Source: a virus. From it: a stretch of 63,362 nt of DNA. The translations under genes were made by a program, and so were the position numbers. Within the stretch, counting starts at the first letter, position 1. Every line of letters starts with the position of its first letter. Positions 6,660 through 17,500 of the stretch are shown piece by piece. The stretch lies in IMG/VR virus record IMGVR_UViG_3300045988_114118. The stretch is one strand, 5' to 3'. Under the pieces are notes generated by a model. That model searched no databases, had not been told where the DNA came from, and saw only the letters and a program-made list of their open reading frames with translations.

Positions 6660-7208
6660 ATGGGAATAATAGGTAGTGTAGTGGGTGGTCTGGCTGGCAT
6701 AGGTGGGGCCATAGGAGCCGGGATAGCCGGACGTAAGGCTTACAAGAAAAATATGGGGATACTGAATGACATGAGGCAGGATTCCCAAAATTGGTATGAC
6801 AGGGAGTATAACTCGGATTTCACCCAAAGGGCGGACGCTCAAGCCGCCCTTAACAACGCACGGCGAATCCTTGACGAGAGATACAGGAGGGCGGAGGGTG
6901 CCGCCGCCGTTGCGGGCGCATCCGATGAGTCCGTGGCCTTGCAGAAACAAGCGGCCAACGAGGTCTTGGGGGACGTGACTAGCGATATCGTAGGCCAAGC
7001 CGAGGCTTATAAGGAGGGTGTGCGTAACAATTATGTAAACCAGCAGACCGCATTCAACCAAGCGGAGATGGATTTAAACTCTAAAAAGGCGGCGAACGTA
7101 GCCACGCAAGCGGTGGGATTGGCTACGGCGGCTGGAGGTCTTGGAGACGCTTTTGGCGATGGCGTTTTAAGGAGCACAAAACTTGGTAAATGGGCGGGAG
7201 TGAAGTGA
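6660..7208 (+). CDS. glycine-zipper membrane protein (putative virion/ejection protein)
   Basis: MGIIGSVVGGLAGIGGAIGAGIAG N-terminus and a Gly/Ala-rich C-terminus; first gene of the operon that ends in the giant ORF. Confidence 0.6.
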   Translation: MGIIGSVVGGLAGIGGAIGAGIAGRKAYKKNMGILNDMRQDSQNWYDREYNSDFTQRADAQAALNNARRILDERYRRAEGAAAVAGASDESVALQKQAANEVLGDVTSDIVGQAEAYKEGVRNNYVNQQTAFNQAEMDLNSKKAANVATQAVGLATAAGGLGDAFGDGVLRSTKLGKWAGVK

Positions 7209-7209
7209 T

Positions 7210-8535
7210 ATGGCTGGAAGAATAGATTTAGTAGAGGAAGAGAGGAGGAGAAACGCACAAGCCGTGGCTCCTCAAGCTACGTCCGGTGCGAGCGTGCCGG
7301 CACAGGTACCTGTATCCCAGCCCGTGGCGCAACCACAGCCTCAAGTACAATCTCCGGCACCTGTTCCCGGTACGGTGGGAACGGCTATACCGGATGTGGG
7401 GACCGCCCCGTTGCAGGCCCCATCTTTAACGCAAGCGCCGGTGAAACCAGAGGCAGCCCCGTTGTCCATGTATGACAAGTTCGCGGATATGACAGCTGAG
7501 CAAGCCATTAACACGGGTGAGATAACCCCGCAAGGATATTGGAACATACAAAGCGAGGCGATCAAGGCGGGTAAGCGTGATCCTTACTCCACGGAGGAGA
7601 TTATCGAGATGATGCGTACGAGCGATCCCGAGTACGAGACGGGCGAGCAAAGGGCGAGACGTGAGAGGAACGACCGGGCGAGCCGTGCCATAACGGGGAT
7701 AAGCGACCTGATAAGCAACATAGCTGGAATGGTGGGGACGGCCAAGGGATCGAGTCCCGTGGTCGTGAACAATCTCGCTCCCCTTGACGCTAGGCAACGT
7801 GAGATAACGGAAAGGAGAAACGCCTTGAAGAGGAAATACGATACGTTGCTCACGAACGCCAAGATGGGTGAGATAGCCTATCAACGTGATCTGGAGTCGG
7901 CTAGGCAAAAGGCGCAGAGGGATTATCGTTTGAAGCTGGCCTTGAAGGATATTGACGCTAGGATAAGGAAGGGCGAGATCGATCAAAAGCAAGCTAACGC
8001 AATGACATTGGAGGCGTACAGGCAAGCGAACAGAATGGCTACGGAGCAATTCAAGGCAGAGAACCGATCCAAGGAAGAGGCGGCGAACCGAGCGAACCAG
8101 ATAAAGGTCGCTAACATAAGATCTGGTGGTTCTGGAGGAGCGAAGGATATTGTACTGTTTGGTCGAGATAATGAAGAGTTTCGTATACCTAGAGATAAGG
8201 TGGACGGATTTGTTACAGCGGCCTATCAAGCCATGAAGGATTTGATTGCTAAAAAAAATAAAGAAATTGAGCAAGACTCTTCCTTGACCAAGGAAGAAAA
8301 AGAGAATCTAAAATTATCAGATATAGATGATATTAAACTTGTGATGGGTGAGGGCGGTGATCAGATAAGCAAAGCGAGAGCGATAGTTGGTAGACGGCTA
8401 GCTGATTTCCCGGAACTGTATCCAATGCTGAAAGGCATGCTTGAGGATCGTTCTGATAGTTATAAGAATATCAATCTGAATGATGATGCAAAAGAAAGTG
8501 TAAACGAAAAATACAAGTGGATTCATGGACTCTAA
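7210..8535 (+). CDS. P/Q-rich, coiled-coil protein (putative virion internal protein)
   Basis: 441 aa; N-terminal PQ-rich low-complexity region, then charged heptad-like sequence; overlaps the next gene by 11 nt. Confidence 0.65.
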   Translation: MAGRIDLVEEERRRNAQAVAPQATSGASVPAQVPVSQPVAQPQPQVQSPAPVPGTVGTAIPDVGTAPLQAPSLTQAPVKPEAAPLSMYDKFADMTAEQAINTGEITPQGYWNIQSEAIKAGKRDPYSTEEIIEMMRTSDPEYETGEQRARRERNDRASRAITGISDLISNIAGMVGTAKGSSPVVVNNLAPLDARQREITERRNALKRKYDTLLTNAKMGEIAYQRDLESARQKAQRDYRLKLALKDIDARIRKGEIDQKQANAMTLEAYRQANRMATEQFKAENRSKEEAANRANQIKVANIRSGGSGGAKDIVLFGRDNEEFRIPRDKVDGFVTAAYQAMKDLIAKKNKEIEQDSSLTKEEKENLKLSDIDDIKLVMGEGGDQISKARAIVGRRLADFPELYPMLKGMLEDRSDSYKNINLNDDAKESVNEKYKWIHGL

Positions 8536-11500
8536 CATAAAACATTTATATGATACGATGATAAGCCGGGGCTATACTGGTCTTGGTGATTTCTCAAACT
8601 TTGAGGGGAAAATGAAAGATTCTGGGAAAAGAAAATTGGTTTATGATCATCTGATGCAGGATGATTATTTCTCTGAGATAGGCGATTTCTCCAAATTTGA
8701 GAGTGCCCTAGGGTATTTGCCCGTTGAAAGGAAAGATTACGTTTCTCAGTCAAGAGCTAATCCTGCTCCTATCGCTTTAAGACAAGAGGCTGACGTGCCT
8801 ATGAAGGATCAATCGGAATACGTTAATCCGTGGACGAACTCACCTGATTATAATTTTGAGTCCTTGCGTAAAAAAGGAAAGATTGAGACTGCGACTCCTC
8901 CACCTCCTACGGAGTATGAGAAGGATTCTTCTTTCATGAATAGTTGGGTTGCGGATTTCATTCAGCGTACCGGAGGCCAAGGATTGAATCTTTTAGGTGG
9001 AGGATTCGGTTTCTTGGATAAGGCGACAAAAGATGTCTCTAATATGGGCCTTGGTACTTATGGAGGAATGTTTGGTGACTCTGCTAAATTGCTTAAGGAG
9101 GCTGGTCAAAAACTCATGGATAAGGGTGATAGGCACAAAGAGAAGAGTTTCACGGATCTATGGAAAGAAGGTGATTACGCCGGATCAATTAGCAACTTGT
9201 TCATGGAAGGAGGTTCTATGATCATTCCACAAATAGCTGCGGCTATGGCTACAGGTGGAACTAGCGCGGCCGGTTTGATGGGAGCCTCCGTATATTCGGA
9301 TAAGCTGGATCAACTCGATGAGTCAAATCCGGATATGCCAGAATTGGCAAAGAGGGTCAATGCCATATCTACATCCGCTTTTGAATTATTATCCGAGAAA
9401 CTTTCATTGGGTCCGGCGGTTAAATGGCTTAAAGGCGTATATAACTCAAAGGGAAAGGATGTCGCTCAAAAAGAACTAGCTGGAGCCATAGAGAATATAC
9501 TTGGCAAGGCTTATAAAGATGCGGGATTATTGTTTGCACCCGTATGGGAAGGTGTCACGGAGGCCGCTTCGCAGATTGCGGAGAATATTACGGACAAGGT
9601 AACTGGGGCTGATCCCGATAAAAATATATCTGATGGCGTATTTGAGGCTTTCGGATATGGAGTTGCTGGTGGCGCTCCAATAGGTTTGATCGGATATGGG
9701 AAGAATAAGTATGATAATTACAAGTATAATAAAATGTCTTCTCCAGAACCTTCTACTAATTCATCTAAAACAGATCAAGGCGTTAATACTACTCCTCAAT
9801 TCACTAAGTCTATAATTGACGATGCCTTTGAGCAAGGACGTAATATGAGTGATAAGGGAGATCTTAGGGATTTATCCTTACAAATGGAAGCTTCGAGGAC
9901 TGCTCTAACAGAAAAAAATCCAAATTTGGCTATAAGAATGGAGCAGTATATAGATAATGGAGCGAGTGAGAACCAAATAAATGAGATGCTTAAAGGTGTA
10001 GATAATGAGACAAGAGAATTAGCTTATGATTTCTATATTAACACCCAGAAAATTAAAGGGGTAGAAGATAAATCGATAGAAAATATTAATAACGAAGTGG
10101 ATTCTTATATGTCTGATAATATTATTCCCTATGTATCGATAAGTCCTAATGGGAGACAAGTCATATCTACCGCTACGTTCAAGGAAGGACTTGAGAACAA
10201 GAAAGTTTATATAAGGAGCATAAATGGGGATAACGTCATTATCTCGGATAACGGAAATAATCGTATGGTTCCTATGAGTAGTTTGAGCGATATAGAGGAA
10301 AATGACGTGGAACAAATAAGGAACTCTTATCGTCAACAATTATTGGTTACTCGCCAGTCCGAACTTGATATGGCCATGAATCATAATCCCAAGACGCAAT
10401 TACCCAAGCCGGGATTGGTCATATGGAACGGGGATAATGCGTTTATCCTTCAAGGACAAGATGAGAACGGTGATTGGATCGCTCAACCTGCGGCTTATGA
10501 TAGAGAAACCGGGCAGGTGACAGCCAAGAATGGCTCTTCCCCCGCAATGCCTATAACAGAGAATGAGATTCTTGATCTTCAAGATGCCATATATGACTCT
10601 CAACAAGTTAATGTGGTGTCGCCAGAGGATGATAATGTAGCAAGTGCTGATGCCGAGATAACCTCTGCACCTCCTGTGGAAGATGCGATCAACCAGCCAA
10701 CGAGTGAGATTGAGACGGAAGGTGCCATTGATCAGATAGCACAACCTAGCAATGTAGAGAATCCCTCCATGGTCATGCGAGAAGATGGTACGCCAGATTT
10801 CGTATCGTCTGGTACGGATATGACCTTGGATTTCCTCCATGATAAATATGGCGATAAGATGCCAAGGAAGATCGAGGTGACGAGAAAGTCTTTCGATGAA
10901 AGCCTTAAAAAAGCGTCCGATGCCTTGGAAAAGGCGCAAGAGGCATACGATGACGCCCCTATCGGAAAAGAGGATAAGGCCGAGGCCGCATTGATAAAAG
11001 CCCGACAAGAATATGAGGCGATCAAGGTCGAGGCTGATTTCTGGGCTAATCTTGATGATGATATCAAGGAGGCCAGCAAGAAGCCGGGTGATGTCATAGC
11101 AAAGGAGATCTCCGTGATGGGTGATCCTATGAGCGGAGAGGAGCTTGCGGCCATGATGCTGGCTAATGGGGCGATCAAATTGACACGTGACAGTTACAAG
11201 AAAGAGACCGGTGCCGGGAATAATGAGACTGCAAGAATGTTCGGATTGTTCGCCTCTCCGGAGAAAGGCGGTGTTAATATAGAGAGGGCAGGTGAGATAT
11301 TGGAGCTTGCCGATAGGGAGAATGGCACTAACTTCTTCGATGAGAACGATACGAACGCCGGAAGGGACGCTATCATAGAGGTCTTGTCTTCCGCTCATAC
11401 ACGTGGAGACTTGATCGATTATGTCAAGAGGAACCGTGAGGCGATCGCTGAGCGTGAGAGACAGGCCGAGTACAACGCTTACGCTGAGTGGTGCGAGGAG

Positions 11501-14500
11501 AATTATCATATGTCCCCGGAAGAATACGAGGCGTATGAGGAAAGCATGGCACGTGATTTCTCGGAGAAACAATTGACTGATGAGGAGCGAGGCGAGCTTA
11601 ATTCGCAAATCATGGATGAAATACAGGCCATAATTGACGAACAAAATGAAATAGACGCTATCTTAGCGCAAAATAAACCGATAGAAAATGAAAACATTGA
11701 AGGAAATGACGAAAGCGGAGGCGATGGCTTACGCGAGGGAGGCGGCGAGGTATTGCCAAGAGAACAACTTGATCAGACCGGGGGAACTGGAGAGGTTGAG
11801 GGAAGAGAATCGGCTGGCCCCGACATTGATCGCACGGATGGAGCTACACAAGAAGGCTCATCAAGGGGACTAGTTTCTTTTGTCGCTCCTTCTCCAAAGG
11901 AGAATGAGACCCCATTGGACTATGCCGAGCGCATAGTTGAGGCTAAGAGATTGCACGAAGAGGAGCTAAAGGTTGATACCAATCCAACAGAGGCGCAGAA
12001 AGAGGCCGGGAATTACAAGAAAGGGCACATAAAGATAAACGGTTTCGATGTTTCCATAGAACAGCCCGTTGGTTCCGTCCGTTCAGGTAAGGACGCTAGC
12101 GGAAAGGAGTGGTCGCAGGTCATGAATAACACTTACGGTTACATTCGAGGCACTGAAAGTGTGGATGGTGATCATATAGACGTATTCCTAGGTCCGGATA
12201 TGAATAGTGACATGGTGTATGTCGTGGATCAGGTGAATACTGATGGCTCATTCGATGAGCATAAGGTTATGATGGGATTCTCTTCCTTGGAAGACGCAAG
12301 GTCCGCTTACTTGTCAAACTATGGGGAAGGTTGGCAAGGGTTAGGCAACATTACCGGGGTAGCGTTGGATGAGTTCAAGAAATGGATTGATTCTTCAATC
12401 CGGAAGACCAAACCGTTCTCTGAATATAAAGGAATTAAACGGGAGGAAGATATTGCCCCCCGAAAAGTAAAGAAATTGTCTTTGGTTGATAAAGACGATT
12501 ATATTACCTCCGCAGAGCGGAAGCATATAAAAGCGTTTCTGGAGAGTGGATTGAAAGAGGCAAGGGTGAACAATTCTATCTACGAGATTTCTAATATTGG
12601 TGATGATGGTGTTTATGAGATCGTAAGGCGGTTTAACTATACCGATCCATTGACCTTGGTGAAAGACGAGAACGGTAAACTAGTTAATAAGCGAGGGGAG
12701 GGTGAACATGTTATAAGGGTAAAGCCCACTTTTGAGGAGACAAGGCCGGATAGTGGTATTCGTTTCAGGGAGACACGTATTATCCCCGAAGAGGAAAATA
12801 TCATAAAGAAAGCGAAATCCGATGGATCTTATATGAAAGCTCCTAATGGCAACCCTACTAATCTTAACGAAAAGCAATGGGTACAAGTTCGTACGAAAGC
12901 GTTTAAGGAATGGTTCGGTGATTGGGAAAATAATCCAGAGGATGCGTCTAAAGTGATCGATGAGAATGGTGAGCCAAGGGTTGTATATCATGGAACATAT
13001 TCCGATTTTAACGCATTTGACGAATCCCATCTGGGAGATGTCACTAATCTTAATGCTACAAACGAGGATTGGGCAAAAACCTCACATATAGGATTCTGGT
13101 TTAATGATAATAAAATAGGTTTCTATACGAAACATAAACCAGTGTTCCTTAACGTTAGGAATCCTTTAGAGTTTGCTTCAATGGAATCGCTCGTTGATGA
13201 AATGAGTTATTATGATTCAGGAGAGGATTTCAAGCGATCAAATTCAGATGGGTATGATTCTGTGATAGTCCTTGAGGACGAAGAAATGGGAGGAAGATCC
13301 TATTCGGTCTTTAATGATAATCAAATAAAGTCTGCTACCGAAAACAATGGGGGCTTTTCTTCTCATAATGATGACATCCGCTTCCGGGAAGTAAAAGATA
13401 AGAATGGCGAAAAGTCCTTGGTTGGGTTACATAATATCAGTGAAGAAAAACTTCGAAAAGCATTGAGACAAGGAGGCTTCGCCAATCCGAGTGCGGCCGT
13501 TATAGACATATCCAGACAATCGCATACTGGCTATGGTTCCATATCGCTTGTACTTCCCTCTTCCATGATAGAGAAACGTACTGGAAAAAATGCTGGTACT
13601 TGGAGTCAAGACGCATGGACACCCATTTATCCAACTATAGAGAGGCAGTTTTCAGGGAAAGGCAGTGACGCATTTTCAAAAGACTTGCAAAAACTTCCAG
13701 AGGAAATGCGGTCGACAACCAAAAGTGGGATGGACAGCTATATGGATGGAAGAGGCGAGGATAGTCTTGCTTATATGTATTTATATGAGCAAGGTAAAGC
13801 TCCGGAATTAGCCCGTACAAAGCCTTCATATCCGGAGAAAACAAGAACCGAAGTTGAAGATGCCACAAATGGATCGTTCTCCATGAGTGGTTTGTCTGAC
13901 AAGCAATTGTCCCGTCTGAAAGATGCCTATATGGAATATAAAGGATTTAGTACGGAAGGTTACAATGAGGCGATAAAACTTCGTAGAGCCAAGCTTGAAG
14001 AAGCTATAGGTAAAATGAATCCAAGATCAATCCTCTACGAGAAACGTAAGACGGATCTTGAACGAATCGATAAGTATGGGTTTGATTACTCTGCGGTAGA
14101 AAGCTTCATGAAATCAGTACGTGATGACATAAGCAATTCTGACAAGGTTGATGCTCACGGAACAATGCGCGATTCATGGAATTTCATAGAAGAAAATGGA
14201 ATGCGAGGCGATTTTAACAAGTGGCTCGATAAATTGAATGAAAGGTACGGGATAAAAGAAATTATTTTTAACGGATTTACTCCTTCCGGTATAAGAAAGT
14301 ACATTCCTAACACCTTGGAGAACGTATCCAAGTTTATGAAGAAGCAAGGAAGAAGCGCATCTGTCGGAATAGGTGCGTCGTTCCAAAATTTCGCTGCGAG
14401 TTTGCTGGATGCTAAAGGCTCACTGAAAGATATACGCAAGGATAAAGGGAAGCTGACTACGGATCATGCTGACGTTGACGCTTTCAGGGATAAATGGTCT

Positions 14501-17500
14501 AAGGTATTTCATGAGTTAGGAGAAAAATTGCAACCGGATGCCAAAGGATATGACGACTACGGTCTATACAGGTTGGCGGAAGCGGCACGAAGCAAAGACC
14601 CTCAAAAATATATAAAGGAAGAATATGGGATAGATTTTTCTGATGAGGATGTGAAGACGCTGAATGAGATGGTGGATGCCATAAGGAATGAATATCCGGC
14701 AATGTACTTCGAGACTAAGTTTGAACGTCCTGTATATTTGGAGGAATTTGCTGCCGCTGTAGTCCCGGATAACGTAGATGGTGACATTCGTAAGGCGATA
14801 TACGATGCGGGTTTGAAAATATTCACTTATAAAGCCGATGATGAAATATCGAGAAATGAGGCAGTTAAGCAAGCCTCAGAAATTGATGGCGTTCGTTTTC
14901 GTTCTATAGGTGATAAAGGCGCTGATAATTTAAATAAGGCTGAAACTATTGAATCCTCAATCAACGATTGGTCTACCAAGCTTAACACCCCTGTCAGGGT
15001 AATCCATGACGTGGACGATATAAACGATACGGATGAGAATATGTTGGCCCGTAAGAGAGATTCCAAAGGCTGGTATGATACTTCTACCGGGGAGATAGTC
15101 ATAGTATCATCTAATTCCACGTCCGTAGGTGACGCTCAAAGGACTTTCCTCCATGAGGTGGTAGGGCATCATGGGTTACGTGAGCTATTCGGGGATGATT
15201 TCGATACTTTCCTTGATAACGTGTATCGGAACGCCAACGAGGATATCCGGAAAAATATCATTGACCGGACTAAAGGCAATCCTCTTAACTTGCGTGAGGC
15301 TACAGAGGAATACCTAGCGGAATTAGCGGAACGTGGTTTCGATAACAAGGTCGATCGTTCGTTATGGGAAAAGATCAAGGACGCTTTTCTTGATATGTTG
15401 AGAAAGGCAGGTATTAGCCTTGATTTCAAGTTATCGGATAATGACCTCCGTTATATTCTCTGGAGAAGCTATAAGAACTTGGAGCAAGGGAACTTGATGG
15501 ATGTGGCCGAGGATACGGTAATGAGGAATGATTTGGGTGTCGGGGATTTTTCTGTTCGGTTTAGGGAAGCGAAAACAGAGGTGGAGAATGAAGAACCTTT
15601 GAATAAGGAAATGGTTGACGCTTGGGATAAAGTGGCATCTTCAGACAGTTTTAAGTTCAAGGAGGCTATGGTTGATTCTTTAACAGCTATAGATGAGTTC
15701 TTGAAATTATTGGCCAAGAAAACCAAATCGAAGATACTGGATTACGAGAACCCATATTACGCTCTTATAGCCTTGTCTTCAAAGAATAAGGCAGATATGG
15801 ATAGTTTCGACTCTAAATTCCTGAATCCTTTGAATGAGGCTATAAGGGCATTGATAGGTGATGTCTCTGAGGTGTCCAAGAAAGGCTTAAGAAGAACTTG
15901 GGATTGGTCTAAAGGGCCATTAAGGGATTTGGTTAAATATGTACAATCTAAACACGGTATCGAGAGAAACCGTGATATGTCCGTAAGGGATGGCATAGAA
16001 ACTCTTAAGGCGTTTGACGTGGACGCTTTGTCTAAAATGGGGGTTATTTCCGAGTCTGATCTTAAAAACGCTAAAAAAACAGCGGAAAAGGTTGCGGAGG
16101 AAAAGGGGAGTGAGGCTTACAAAAAGACGTATGACAAGGTTCTTGGCAAGGAACTAAAGAAAGGTGTTGATAAAGGTAAGGCTGAGCGTTCTGCTGAGAT
16201 AGCCGCCGATTATCGGCAATCATTTGTCAAATCCGAGATCTATAACAAGGAGATGGATAAATATAAAGAAAAGGTGACCGGAACGTTGATTGATAGGTGG
16301 GAAGATTCAAAGAAAGATATCCTTAAGAAGGGTCTAGCGTGGGACGAGGAACAAAAGGAGTTGGATCGAGAGGCATTGTCATTCCAATGGAAGTTAGGCG
16401 ATAATTCTTATGGTGTGATTCTAGGAAAGGACTATAGTGGTTTGTCTTCAGTGTTTAAGCCTTCGGAGGATGGGGCGAATAAAGATAAATGGCTTTCTGA
16501 CGCTTATGATTTCGTGAGAGATTATGAGTCTACCCACAATATGGTTTTGGTCGATAATCTATGGGATAAGGTTCATAACGTGTCAGAGTATACGTTAAGG
16601 AGGCAGTATGAGTCCGGGCTGATAAGCAAGTCCTATATGGATAAGAACCTTTCCCGGTTTAAGTACTTTATCCCGTTGAGAGGTTTCTCCGATAATATTG
16701 CCTCCGATGTTTATGATTACATAGACGCTACGGAGATAAAGATGGGAAACCCAGTGAAGACCGCAAAAGGACGTATCTCTGAGGCTGATAATCCTTTTGC
16801 TGGTTTGATACACGTTGGATACGGATCTATTACCGCTGGAAATAGGAACTTGGCGAAACAACGTTTTCTCAATTTAGCTAGCAATCATGACACTGGCGGT
16901 CTTATTACCATAGATAATATCTGGGTTCGAAATGTCGGTACCGAGGAAAATCCGGAATGGGTGGAGTCCATTCCGCAAATACCGGATAACGCTTCTGGCG
17001 AGGAAGTGGCCAAGGCGGTGAAAGATCATGAGGAAATGATGAGAGAGCTTAGAGAGGAAGGTAAGGCTGAGCTGATTAAAGGAGGTCGATCGGATATACC
17101 ATATAAAACATTGTATGACCAGAGAAGCCAGCATCAGGTACAGGTTTTCGTGGGAGGTAACAGGTATGTCATGACCGTTAATGGCAATCCCCGATTGGCG
17201 CAAGCGGTAAATGGATTGACTAATCCGGATGTGAAGGATGATCTCGCTTACGTCGTAGCTAGGAACTTGAAAACATTTATGGCCGGAGCTTTTACGTCCA
17301 AGAACGTGGCGTTCTCGTTTGCCAACTTGATAAGAGATACGCCTTATGCCAATAACTCCGTGTTTGTGACGGAGAACTTTAGGTATTTCAAGGATTTTTC
17401 AGGGAACCAGAGGCGAGCGTTATTTGGACTTCGGAGTTTAGGTCGTAATCTGTATAAATACAAAAGGGGAGAGATCGATATTTCTGATAAGGAACAGGCA

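Noticed and set aside
6271-7061. ORFs 6271-6570 (+), 6627-7061 (-) and 6796-6978 (+)
   Set aside because: They are shadow frames of the 6264-6560 and 6660-7208 genes, with proline/serine/leucine-rich low-complexity translations.
7426-8274. 282-aa minus-strand ORF opposite the 7210-8535 gene
   Set aside because: Shadow ORF of a biased (charged, repetitive) coding region. It breaks the compact plus-strand operon and has no recognisable features.
10400-11644. 414-aa minus-strand ORF, plus many other antisense ORFs listed between 8532 and 19092
   Set aside because: All lie antisense to the uninterrupted 10.5-kb giant ORF. Their translations are low-complexity (L/S/R/I-rich), with no motifs or plausible start context. 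They are typical shadow ORFs.
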